From positions 1,155 through 65,154 of the forward strand of contig JAICXB010000018.1 of the NCBI GenBank assembly GCA_025980765.1: a stretch of DNA of 64,000 nt, read 5' to 3'. The notes under the pieces are model-generated. The model saw only the letters and a program-made list of their open reading frames with translations. It had not been told where the DNA came from and ran no database searches. Made by a program: the position numbers and the translations under genes. Below are positions 15,883-24,368 of this stretch, one piece after another; position 1 is the stretch's first letter, and the number at the start of each line of letters is the position of its first letter. This DNA comes from Terriglobales bacterium. Lineage in GTDB: Bacteria; Acidobacteriota; Terriglobia; Terriglobales; Acidobacteriaceae.

Positions 15883-16615
15883 GCTGTGTCCTTTGGTACA
15901 TGCCTTTCGATGCTGTGCTTCGTCATAAAGTGGTCGGATGTGAGCTCTCCATAGTTGCGCCTCGCAGGTCGCGTTGTCCTCGTGGCAGCGAATCCGCGTT
16001 TCAAAGAACCGTTTCTGTCTGTCGGCTTCCGGTCACCTCAACCCTGAAATTGGGAGATTCGGCTGGGCAGGTTCTAGGCTCTACGCGGCAGCTGGATTTT
16101 GCGGTAATGACTGCCCTCCAGCGAATAGCGACTCAGCCAGCGGCCAACCTCCGTGTTGAAGCGGTAATGAAGTTTGATATCGGATTCATCCAAGGCTCGC
16201 CAGGGGTCTTCGCCACTACGGAATTCAGCACAATCTCCCCGCAATCGATAATCGTTAGAGACGCTATTTTGGAAAAACAGACGAAGCGTGGGAAGGTAGT
16301 GCATGGAATTCCGTGGGCCGGAGATAGTAAGAAGATGCTGTGTTGGGCCACGAGGTTGGTCACAATGTGTGACCAGAGTAGCTGTAACTCTCTGCGCCGA
16401 TTCTGAGCTGCGGGGAGCGGTAAGAAGGCGCCTGTCTCATTGGCGAAGCCACGGGCGAGGGCGCCTGGGCTCGCCCGGAAATAAGTTCCTTGAGGCGGGT
16501 CTCGAAAGTGCGGTAGCACGGAAGACGAGATGGGTGATGCATTTAATTGCAGTTCAGGCCTTGAATGTGTCGAAAGCAAAGCGGCTGATCGACTCGACCG
16601 TTTCGGGCAAGTTGC

Positions 16616-16756
16616 GATCTCATCTCGATCTCATCCGGTTGATGAGATCAATCTCATCGAATCCCAAGTTGCTGGATGAGATGATCTCAATCTATCTCAT
16701 CGAAAAATTGAGATTCGATGAGACCTTGGCGTGTAAGTCCTTTAGATCATGAGATC
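16616..16756. repeat. array of about 10 copies of the 9-mer GATCTCATC / GATGAGATC in both orientations
   Basis: Copies start at 16616, 16627, 16641, 16650, 16675, 16683, 16693, 16709, 16717 and 16748. Several pairs form perfect 8-10 bp hairpins. Confidence 0.8.
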
Positions 16757-16786
16757 AAAGAAAAAAAGATTGTTTATTGTCTCGGG

Positions 16787-18478
16787 TCATTCGTGACCGA
16801 TCTTCACTGGCGCCGTGTTGTCCGAGCGGTCGGCTTCGGGAACGCTGCCATCATTGACCGATACCTCGGTGGGACGGCTCCCGACTTCAATTCTTGCGGC
16901 TGCCTTGCTCCTGGCCGGCACGCGCAGGCGGCTCATCACCTCCCCAGTGTCGGTCTGTACCAGAATGGGAACTTCCGCCGAGGCGCTTCCGCTGTTCTCG
17001 ATCGTCGCTGAAACCAGGTAGATGCCCTGCAGGCTGGGGCGCGCGTAGCCGTTGGTGATGGTGAACTCGGGCAAGCCTCGGTCCTGATACACCCAATCGT
17101 CGAAGAACCATTCCAGGTCTTTGTGCGAGGTCTTCTCCAACAGACGCTGCATGTATGAGGCTTCTTTGTCCGCCGCGGGATCATATTGCTGCAGCCCGTC
17201 GAGTAGGGCGCGCTCGCCAACGATCTCGCGCAGCATCCACCAGACGTACATCGCCTTGGTGCGATAAAAGACTTCATTCGTGGTGTTGATCAGGCTGTTG
17301 CTCTTGACCGATTCGGGACTTCCTGAATCCGCCAGCGCCAGCGGTAAGAGTCTTTGTTGCATGAAGTCGATGGCCGCGGCGCGCCGGTCTTGCCGCTCGC
17401 GCATCAGAACTTGCGCAAAGTGCGCCGCGCCTTCGTAAATCCAGGCGCGCGGAGACCAAAGCGTCGCATGCGCAAACTCGTAGGCGAGCGTCAGTTGCAG
17501 GAATTTGGTGTCGATGGTTTTTAGCGGCAGTAACAAAATCCCATCGCCATCGAAGGTAATGTCGCTGGCCTCGGGCAAATCCACCAGCGTTACGCGTCGA
17601 TGCTGTCTTCCGCCTAGTGTGGGCTCAGTTTCCGTAACCACTCGAGCATAGTCGGCGGCAGCATCGGCTGCAGCAGGGAAGTACGCCAGGCTCAACGATG
17701 CGGCGGTGGTTGTCTTGTAGTTGCCGGCGACCAGCACGGGCCCGGCGATGCCGATGTGAGGCCAGTCGAGTCTCACTCCAGCCTCGCCCAACGCCTGCGG
17801 CGCGGATTCGGAGTTGCTGAAAAGAGTCACACCGGAGTCGCCGGTTACCTCCAGTTTCATGCTGGAGAGAGAGTGCCGAACCTGCCACGCGCCGGTAAGC
17901 TCAAAGACGCGGTTGGCATCTCCAAGCACGGCCGGTTCAATCGAGACTGGAAACCAGATCACGTGACCAACGCCACGCAAGCAGGTAAACGTCGGCGTAA
18001 TGCGGTCATAATCAGTACTGACCCGTACCCCCAGCGGCACGCCGAGCTGCGCCAGGCGCGTCGTGTCGAGCGAGACGGTGCCGCTGTAGCCCACCTCTAC
18101 GTCAATTGAGCTTCCACTTGGAATTGGAGCCAACAGCGTCATCAACGCCTCTTGCACGTATCCGGTGTGATCAATGTCAGAACGAAGCCGAGTGTTCGTG
18201 AATCTCAGCGGCTCGCCACGCTCGCGGATCGCTGCCCAGTTCAACGAGGATGAGACTTGTAATGACAATTGCCGCTGCGGCTGCGGCGAGTCGTTGCGCA
18301 ATTGCATATGGCCGCGCACCGATAGGGATTCCTCCTGAGCGCCGATGCGCACGTTGAGGTCCCAGTTTGTGATGGTGAATGCGCCACGATCGAAGGAGGG
18401 AACACTTGTTGGCTGCTGTGCCCAAAATGAAACCGGCAGAAACAAGAGTATCGGAACGAGACGCAGCCAAAGTCTCAC
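16787..18478 (-). CDS. secreted M1-peptidase-like protein with a degenerate zinc motif (YEFAH)
   Basis: YEFAHATLWSPRAWIYEGAAHF aligns to HExxH-x18-E of the M1 family. The GTG start at 18476-18478 overlaps the rlmB stop (GTGA). It is followed by the signal-like VRLWLRLVPILLFLPVSFWAQQ. Confidence 0.7.
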   Translation of the reverse strand: MRLWLRLVPILLFLPVSFWAQQPTSVPSFDRGAFTITNWDLNVRIGAQEESLSVRGHMQLRNDSPQPQRQLSLQVSSSLNWAAIRERGEPLRFTNTRLRSDIDHTGYVQEALMTLLAPIPSGSSIDVEVGYSGTVSLDTTRLAQLGVPLGVRVSTDYDRITPTFTCLRGVGHVIWFPVSIEPAVLGDANRVFELTGAWQVRHSLSSMKLEVTGDSGVTLFSNSESAPQALGEAGVRLDWPHIGIAGPVLVAGNYKTTTAASLSLAYFPAAADAAADYARVVTETEPTLGGRQHRRVTLVDLPEASDITFDGDGILLLPLKTIDTKFLQLTLAYEFAHATLWSPRAWIYEGAAHFAQVLMRERQDRRAAAIDFMQQRLLPLALADSGSPESVKSNSLINTTNEVFYRTKAMYVWWMLREIVGERALLDGLQQYDPAADKEASYMQRLLEKTSHKDLEWFFDDWVYQDRGLPEFTITNGYARPSLQGIYLVSATIENSGSASAEVPILVQTDTGEVMSRLRVPARSKAAARIEVGSRPTEVSVNDGSVPEADRSDNTAPVKIGHE

Positions 18479-19254
18479 GATCCGAGCCCCTTTTGCCTGG
18501 GCGTTTTGAATGCTGGCTGTACGGTTGCCGAGCGGCGTTGGCGAGCGATCTCGTACATAACCACACCGCCGGCCACAGAGACGTTCAAGGAAGACACGCC
18601 TCCCAACATCGGGATCGAGACCAGGTAATCGCATTTCTTGCGCACCAGCTCATGCAGCCCATGCCCCTCCGCTCCCAGGGCAACTGCGCAATTCATTCGA
18701 TAGTCAACCTGATCGTAGCTCTGTTTGCCGCGCTCATCGAGACCAACGATCCAGACGCCCTGTTCCTTCAGGTCGTCCAGAGTGCGGGCGAGGTTCACTA
18801 CGCGCGCGATCCTGACGTGCTCGGTTGCGCCGGCCGAGATCTTCGCCACGGTTGCGTTCACAGCCGCGGCCCGCCGTTCCGGGATGATGATGCCATCCAC
18901 GCCCGCGCCGTCGGCAGTGCGAATGAGAGCGCCCAGATTGTGCGGATCTTCAATGCCGTCGAGCGCCAGCAGCAACAGGTGCTCGCCCTTTTTGTGCGCG
19001 ACGAGTTCTTCTACTTCCGAGTAGTTCTTGCCCGCAACCACCGCTACTGCGCCTTGATGAGACTTGCTGCGCGCCAAACGATCGAGCTGTTCGCGCGTGA
19101 CAAATCGCACCGAAACGCCCTGCTTGCGAGCAAGGTCGATCACGGATTGCAGCCGCTGGTCATGGCGCTCGCGGGCGACTTCCACGTGATCAAGCGATCG
19201 GTTGCGCGCGCGCAGCGCCTCCTCCACCGCGTGGATTCCAAAGAGAACGTCCAT
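18475..19254 (-). CDS. rlmB: TrmH-family 23S rRNA (guanosine-2'-O)-methyltransferase
   Basis: 259 aa with SpoU/TrmH motifs (ALDGIEDPHNLGALIRTA, SLNVSVAGGVVMYE). Confidence 0.8.
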   Translation of the reverse strand: MDVLFGIHAVEEALRARNRSLDHVEVARERHDQRLQSVIDLARKQGVSVRFVTREQLDRLARSKSHQGAVAVVAGKNYSEVEELVAHKKGEHLLLLALDGIEDPHNLGALIRTADGAGVDGIIIPERRAAAVNATVAKISAGATEHVRIARVVNLARTLDDLKEQGVWIVGLDERGKQSYDQVDYRMNCAVALGAEGHGLHELVRKKCDYLVSIPMLGGVSSLNVSVAGGVVMYEIARQRRSATVQPAFKTPRQKGLGS

Positions 19255-19329
19255 GCAATGAGTGTAGCGGGTGCTTTGTTAGACTGAAAATTCACCATCC
19301 GCTAGCGGACGGTACTGAGGAGCGATCTC

Positions 19330-20514
19330 TTGCAAGATGTCTTCATTCTTTCCGCCGTGCGCACGCCGATCGGCAAATTTGGTGGCTCGCTTGCCTCAAT
19401 GACTGCCGCCGATATGGGTGTGGTCGCGGCCCAAGGCGCACTGGAGCGCGCCGCTGTTTCGCCTGAGCAGATCGAGGAGACAATTATCGGCAACGCGCGA
19501 CAGGCAGGGGGAGGTCCCAATGTTGCTCGCCAGATCTCCATGCGCAGCGGCGTGCCCGAGACTGTACCCGCGTACACGGTGAATCAGGCCTGCGCTTCTG
19601 GTCTCAAGTCGATCGCGCTTGGTTTTCAGGAGATCGCGAACGGCAATCTGGATTGCGTGCTGGCAGGCGGGACAGAATCGATGTCCCGTCTTCCGTATTA
19701 TCTCGATGGCGCGCGCTGGGGGTTTCGGCTGGGCAATCAGGAACTCGTTGATGGTATGTATCGTGACGGCTTCTTCTGTCCGCTTGCCAAGATGGTGATG
19801 GGCGAAACCGCTGAGGTCCTTGCGCGCGAGTACAAGATTGGACGCGAGGAACAGGACAAGTACGCGCTGTGCTCTCAGCAACGCGCGGAGCGCGCCATTC
19901 ACGCCGGCCGTTTCGATGACGAGATCGTCCCGGTTACTCTCGCGAGCAAGAAGGGCAGTCAGCTTTTCTCGCGCGACGAGCATCCCCTACCGCAAGCGTC
20001 ACTGGAGAAGATGGCGAGACTTAAACCGGTCTTCGCAAGTGATGGCAGCATTACTGCGGGGAATGCTTCAGGGATCACCGACGGCGCAGCCGCGGTGGTG
20101 CTGGCGAGTGGAGACTTCGTTAAGAAAAGCAATCTGGCGCCGTTGGCGCGCATTCTCGCTGCAGCCGCCGCCGGAGTCGATCCTAAACGCATGGGCATTG
20201 GGCCGGTGCCTGCGTTAAAGAAGCTTGAGGCGCGCCATGGGATTAAGGCTGCCGATGCCGATCTCGTTGAACTGAACGAAGCCTTTGCCGCTCAGGTGCT
20301 GGCCTGCGATCACGATCTGCATTTCGATCATGACAAGCTCAACGTCAACGGGGGCGCCATCGCGCTGGGACATCCCATCGGCTGCACCGGCACGCGCATC
20401 ACCGTCACTCTGCTGCACGAGATGCTGAAGCGCAAGGCCAAGCTGGGCATCGCGACTCTCTGCGTCAGCGGGGGCATGGGCATGGCCATGGCAATCGAAA
20501 GCGCGGCGCTCTGA
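19330..20514 (+). CDS. acetyl-CoA C-acetyltransferase (thiolase II)
   Basis: 394 aa with [11 protein letters not shown], the active-site Cys region, [17 protein letters not shown] and CVSGGMG. TTG start. Confidence 0.9.
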   Translation: MQDVFILSAVRTPIGKFGGSLASMTAADMGVVAAQGALERAAVSPEQIEETIIGNARQAGGGPNVARQISMRSGVPETVPAYTVNQACASGLKSIALGFQEIANGNLDCVLAGGTESMSRLPYYLDGARWGFRLGNQELVDGMYRDGFFCPLAKMVMGETAEVLAREYKIGREEQDKYALCSQQRAERAIHAGRFDDEIVPVTLASKKGSQLFSRDEHPLPQASLEKMARLKPVFASDGSITAGNASGITDGAAAVVLASGDFVKKSNLAPLARILAAAAAGVDPKRMGIGPVPALKKLEARHGIKAADADLVELNEAFAAQVLACDHDLHFDHDKLNVNGGAIALGHPIGCTGTRITVTLLHEMLKRKAKLGIATLCVSGGMGMAMAIESAAL

Positions 20515-20580
20515 AATTAACAACAATTTACAAACTCCCACCTGCGACTTTTGCTTACGACTGTGCGTAGTAACAGTCGA

Positions 20581-21174
20581 ATGTTTCAGACGGCAAGCCG
20601 CGTGGTGGAGTGCACTCTACGAGAGAACGTCGAGATTGCCCGAGGTCTACGTCGTCGTGACCCGGAGTTGCTCGACCGCCTGATCGAGCGATATCAGCAC
20701 CGTCTGCTGCGCTATCTCGTCTTCCTCACGGGCAATCGCGACCTCGCCGAAGACATCTTCCAGGAAACCTGGATCCGCGTAATGGAACGCGGGCGCCAAT
20801 ACAACGGGAAATCGAAATTCGACACCTGGCTCTTCGCCATAGCGCGACATCTGGTGATCGATTGGTCACGTAAGAAGACCACCACCAGCCTCGAAGCTCT
20901 CCAGGAGCAATATGGGAATGAGCACTCGTTCGACGTGCCCTCGACTGGACCTTCGCCCTTTGACGCCGTGACATCCAGCGAGAGCCGGGCAAGCGTGCAG
21001 GCGGCACTGAGGACGCTCGATTCTATGCATCGCGAGGTGCTGGTGTTGCGCTTCCATGAAGAATTGTCGCTGGAGGAAATCGCTACCGTAACAGATGCTC
21101 CGCTCTCCACGGTCAAATCGCGTCTCTATCGCGGTTTGGCAGCATTGAAGCCGGCGTTCGCGGAGGCGAGTTAA
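20581..21174 (+). CDS. ECF sigma factor
   Basis: Region 2 (LLDRLIERYQHRLLRYL, DIFQETWIRV) and region 4 (LSLEEIATVTDAPLSTVKSRLYRG). ATG at 20581 preferred. Confidence 0.85.
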   Translation: MFQTASRVVECTLRENVEIARGLRRRDPELLDRLIERYQHRLLRYLVFLTGNRDLAEDIFQETWIRVMERGRQYNGKSKFDTWLFAIARHLVIDWSRKKTTTSLEALQEQYGNEHSFDVPSTGPSPFDAVTSSESRASVQAALRTLDSMHREVLVLRFHEELSLEEIATVTDAPLSTVKSRLYRGLAALKPAFAEAS

Positions 21175-21677
21175 TGGTGCGCCGCTTCTCCGATGAGCAC
21201 GCACGCGCCGAGGAATTGGCTGGTTCGCGAATTGCGGGCATTATTTCCGATGCGGAGAGCCAATGGCTCGACAATCATCTGGCTGAGTGCCCTGCGTGTG
21301 TCGCTGAAGCGGAACAGATGCTGGCCGCCATCTCCGCACTGAAAACGGTTTCAATCAGCGCGCGCGCACAGTTGGTGCAGAATACGCAGAGACAGGTGCG
21401 CAATCTCTGCGTGCAAAGTCGGCAGCGCCGGCGTCGAATGCGTCCAGTGTGGGTTTCGTCCGCCTTGGCTTCTGCCTGGATGGCATGTGCCACGCCCTAT
21501 CTATGGCAGTCGTTTGATCTCACCGGGCACTGGCTGCATATTCCCGATTTGCTGTGGCAGATGGGATTTCTGGTGACATGGTTTACCCCAGCGCTGACCG
21601 GGGCCGCAGTGGCGCTGTGGCTGCGTCCACACGCCGCGGAGAAAGCACGGCCACAGATGAACCGGGCCACGGCCTAG
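21174..21677 (+). CDS. zf-HC2-type anti-sigma factor, membrane-anchored
   Basis: The start overlaps the sigma stop by 1 nt. HLAECPACVAEAE motif with hydrophobic segments in the C-terminal half. Confidence 0.7.
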   Translation: MVRRFSDEHARAEELAGSRIAGIISDAESQWLDNHLAECPACVAEAEQMLAAISALKTVSISARAQLVQNTQRQVRNLCVQSRQRRRRMRPVWVSSALASAWMACATPYLWQSFDLTGHWLHIPDLLWQMGFLVTWFTPALTGAAVALWLRPHAAEKARPQMNRATA

Positions 21678-21704
21678 TTCTCACGAAAGCAGTTTTGACC
21701 GGAA

Positions 21705-22235
21705 ATGGACTTTAACAACATCGACGAGCAGAAGCCGCAAATCAGCGACGAACTCCGCCTGATTCCAATGTGGTCTGTGGCATTGGCCGTGGCGCTCTTT
21801 GCCGCCGTGCAGGCGGTGGTCCATCTCTATTTGACGCAGCACCAGCACAATCTTCCGCCGCGCGGATTTCTCGTCTTCTGGAGCCTGGCGTGGGGCACAG
21901 TAATCGCCGTGTACACGCTAATGGTCGGCTATGTCACGCGCGACGCTAAACGGCGTGGCATGAACGTCGGGCTATGGACGCCGCTGGTGATCTTCATGCC
22001 CGGCGCAATCGGGCTGGTACTCTACTTCCTTCTTCGCCAACCACTGGTCACGAAATGTCCGCAATGCTCCGCCGGCATTTCGCCGGGAATAAACTTCTGC
22101 ACCCAATGCCGTTTCCAGCTAGTGCCGATTTGCCAGCAGTGCCGGCGCGCGGTTCGCATCACCGATGTGTATTGCGGCAATTGCGGCGAAGATCTCAACG
22201 TGAGTGAAGCGTTTCCAATGAGACGTTTCAGATAA
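21705..22235 (+). CDS. membrane protein with a C-terminal double zinc-ribbon
   Basis: Three to four TM segments followed by CPQC...CTQC...CQQC...CGNC. Confidence 0.6.
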   Translation: MDFNNIDEQKPQISDELRLIPMWSVALAVALFAAVQAVVHLYLTQHQHNLPPRGFLVFWSLAWGTVIAVYTLMVGYVTRDAKRRGMNVGLWTPLVIFMPGAIGLVLYFLLRQPLVTKCPQCSAGISPGINFCTQCRFQLVPICQQCRRAVRITDVYCGNCGEDLNVSEAFPMRRFR

Positions 22236-22272
22236 GGCGTTTCAAAGAGAGCGTTTCACGAGAGGCGTTTCA
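22203..22272 (+). repeat. five tandem 14-bp units, consensus GAGAGGCGTTTCAN
   Basis: CGTTTC starts at 22210, 22224, 22238, 22252 and 22266, an exact 14-bp period. The first two units overlap the last codons of the upstream CDS. Confidence 0.9.
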
Positions 22273-22296
22273 GGGCTCTGGCGAATGTTTTTTGGT

Positions 22297-22385
22297 TTTT
22301 GGAACGCCTTTCGTCAAAACGCTTTTCTTGAAACGACTCTCCTGACACGCATTACCTGGAAACGCCTTTCCGTCTCAAACGCTAT
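22297..22385 (-). repeat. six copies of the same 14-bp unit in reverse orientation (TGAAACGCCTTTC)
   Basis: The central C of ACG falls at 22305, 22320, 22334, 22348, 22363 and 22380 (spacing 14-17 bp). The array ends 18 nt before the LytTR regulator start. Confidence 0.85.
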
Positions 22386-22402
22386 ACTCTGAATAGCCGA
22401 AA

Positions 22403-23176
22403 ATGCCTATTTCCACCATCATTGTCGATGACGAGGAGCTCGCGCGCGAAGAATTGGGATTTCTATTGAAATCGGTTGCCGATGTGGACGTTGTGGCGCA
22501 GGGCGCCAACGGCGTCGAAGCCATTCAACTGATTCGCGAACATAATCCCGAACTCGTCTTCCTCGATGTGCAGATGCCTGGCCTGGATGGCTTCGCCGTA
22601 ATTAAGAAGCTGGTAGATAAGAAGCATCCGCTTCCGCAGATCGTCTTTGCCACCGCCTTCGACCAGTATGCGGTTCGAGCCTTCGAAGTAAATGCCGTTG
22701 ACTATCTCCTCAAGCCTTTCGATAAAAAGCGCGTTGCACAGTCGGTGGAGAAAGCGCGGCAAAAACTGTCGGCTCCGCCCAGCTCCAGCGAACGACTCGA
22801 ATCACTGATCAACTTACTCGAGCAGCAGCAAAAGCCTCAGCAGCAGAAGATACTGCTGCGTTCGGCAGGACGGCTGATTCTGGTGGACCAAAAAGACATT
22901 TGCTTCGCGACCATCGAAGAAGGCGTGATCACCGTAGTCGCGGGCAATATGGAAGGCCATTCCAACTGCCGGACATTGGAGGAATTGATCGACAGCCTCG
23001 ATCCGAATGTGTTCTGGCGCGCACACCGCTCGCATGTGGTGAATATTAACCGCATCAAGGAAGTTCTGCCCTGGTTCAAGAGCTCGTATCAACTGCGCAT
23101 GGATGACCGCAAGCAGACGGAACTACCGGTGAGCCGCGCGCAAACCAAGCGGCTCCGAGAATTGTTTGGGCTGTAA
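22403..23176 (+). CDS. LytR/AlgR family response regulator (REC + LytTR DNA-binding domain)
   Basis: IIVDDEELAREEL, VFLDVQMPGLDG and KPF in the receiver. LytTR-like C-terminus (FWRAHRSHVVNINRIKEV). Confidence 0.9.
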   Translation: MPISTIIVDDEELAREELGFLLKSVADVDVVAQGANGVEAIQLIREHNPELVFLDVQMPGLDGFAVIKKLVDKKHPLPQIVFATAFDQYAVRAFEVNAVDYLLKPFDKKRVAQSVEKARQKLSAPPSSSERLESLINLLEQQQKPQQQKILLRSAGRLILVDQKDICFATIEEGVITVVAGNMEGHSNCRTLEELIDSLDPNVFWRAHRSHVVNINRIKEVLPWFKSSYQLRMDDRKQTELPVSRAQTKRLRELFGL

Positions 23177-23214
23177 ACCATGGGTTAACACGGAGGCTGA
23201 AGAGAAGCTCGCCT

Positions 23215-23763
23215 TCAGTCTGCCTTAGTGGCCTTCATGTTTACCCCGGCTGCGAAACGCTTCTGACTTTCGATGATGAGGCTGCGAGCTTGCGATGCGT
23301 CAGTCCAGCCTTTCGTCTCCACGCGTTTGCCTTCAAGATCTTTGTAGATGGAAAAGAAGTGCACGATTTCGCGCAGCATGTGCGGGTAAATTTCTGAGTA
23401 GTTCCACACATCTTTGTATCGAGGATTACTCTTGCCCACTGCCAGGAGTTTCTCGTCCGGCGTGCCCTGATCCACCATTTGCAGAACGCCGATGGGCCGA
23501 ACTTCCATTACACATCCCGAGAAACTGGGATTGTCGACCAGCACCAACACATCCAGGGGATCGCCGTCGAGGCTCAGTGTGCTGGGGAGGAACCCGTAAT
23601 CGCCGGGAAAGTGGACTGGTGAGTATAAGTTTCGATCCAGGCGGAATACGTGCAGCGTCTTGTCATATTCGTACTTATTGACGGACTGCAGCGGGATCTC
23701 CACAACCATGTTGACCACTTCCGGCGCCTGGTCGCCCAGCGGAAGATTGAGGTAGTTGAGCAT
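23215..23763 (-). CDS. ppa: inorganic diphosphatase
   Basis: 182 aa with family I PPase motifs (NKYEYDK, DGDPLDVLVL). Confidence 0.9.
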   Translation of the reverse strand: MLNYLNLPLGDQAPEVVNMVVEIPLQSVNKYEYDKTLHVFRLDRNLYSPVHFPGDYGFLPSTLSLDGDPLDVLVLVDNPSFSGCVMEVRPIGVLQMVDQGTPDEKLLAVGKSNPRYKDVWNYSEIYPHMLREIVHFFSIYKDLEGKRVETKGWTDASQARSLIIESQKRFAAGVNMKATKAD

Positions 23764-23770
23764 CCCCGGA

Positions 23771-23859
23771 GGTTAACACGAAGGCACGAAGGCTGAACAA
23801 AGGTCGTAGAGCGCTGTTGGTAGTGATCTTATCTTCGCGTCGTGCCCTTCGCGTAAACC
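23771..23859. repeat. GGTTAACACGAAGG...CTTCGCGTAAACC inverted-repeat element in the ppa/purS divergent intergenic region
   Basis: Left arm 23771-23798 is ggttaacacgaaggcacgaaggctgaac. Right arm 23833-23859 is cttcgcgtcgtgcccttcgcgtaaacc. Same termini type as 54015-54119. Confidence 0.7.
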
Positions 23860-23880
23860 GGACAGCTATAATCAATATCA

Positions 23881-24126
23881 ATGAAGGCCTACGTTTACGT
23901 CACCCTGAAGAGCACCGTTCTTGATCCTCAAGGAAAGACGATTCATGGCGCTCTGCGCAAGATGAACTATCGCGGAGTGGGTGATGTGCGGCAAGGGAAA
24001 TACTTTGTTCTGAGTCTGGAGCCGAATTTGGGCAGAGAAACGGCAAAGGCCGAGGTGGAGCGCATTGCCCGCGAGGTGCTCACGAATCCCGTGATCGAGG
24101 AGTTTTCCTACAAGATCGAAGATTGA
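23881..24126 (+). CDS. purS: phosphoribosylformylglycinamidine synthase subunit PurS
   Basis: 81 aa. MKAYVYVTLKSTVLDPQGKTI...NPVIEEFSYKIE is the typical PurS sequence. Confidence 0.9.
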   Translation: MKAYVYVTLKSTVLDPQGKTIHGALRKMNYRGVGDVRQGKYFVLSLEPNLGRETAKAEVERIAREVLTNPVIEEFSYKIED

Positions 24127-24130
24127 GGTA

Positions 24131-24187
24131 CAGCTTCTAAGCTGCTGAGAGCAGCTTCTGAGCTGCTAAGCCTCTAAGCTGCTGAGG
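24131..24187. repeat. AGCTGCTGAG/CAGCTTCT low-complexity palindromic repeat cluster
   Basis: cagcttctaagctgctgagagcagcttctgagctgctaagcctctaagctgctgagg contains several overlapping 4-6 bp stem hairpins. Related motifs occur at 7961-7996 and 35100-35142. Confidence 0.7.
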
Positions 24188-24368
24188 TTGAAATCGACCG
24201 TTGCCGTTTGGCATGGCTTGGCAGCTCCCGTCGCGTAACTCAATCGCTACCGCTGGTAACTGCCGTGCCCGCCGAAATTCGGGTAAGCTCCATGTGAGGG
24301 GCTTACGAGCGCTCAGCGCTGCAGCGGAAACAAAGTTGAATCGCCGAGCTTAGAAGCTTAGGAGCTTT

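Noticed and set aside
15867-16579. ORFs 15867..16406 (+), 16074..16304 (-) and 16133..16579 (-) as genes
   Set aside because: They overlap one another, use alternative starts, and show no motif I recognise and no clear codon-bias difference between frames. I leave the region unannotated rather than guess. A frameshifted minus-strand gene remains possible.
16303-16752. 149-aa plus-strand ORF
   Set aside because: Its C-terminal half is a translation of the GATGAGATC repeat array, giving periodic DLIRLM/DEMISI strings. There is no RBS and no motif.
16588-16756. Replication origin (GATC cluster or iteron-like repeats)
   Set aside because: There are no DnaA-box-like 9-mers (TTATCCACA type), no AT-rich unwinding element, and no neighbouring dnaA, dnaN or rep gene. 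The architecture matches the other unit-repeat hairpins of this genome.
22203-22385. CRISPR array
   Set aside because: The units are only 14 bp and directly abut one another with no spacers. They are present in both orientations, and there are no cas genes in the window.
24127-24368. Possible glmS ribozyme in the 240-nt leader of glmS
   Set aside because: I could not find the conserved ribozyme core (cleavage-site AGCGCC...GAACU context, GACGAGGA box). The leader is dominated by AGCTGCTGAG-type low-complexity palindromes seen in other intergenic regions here.
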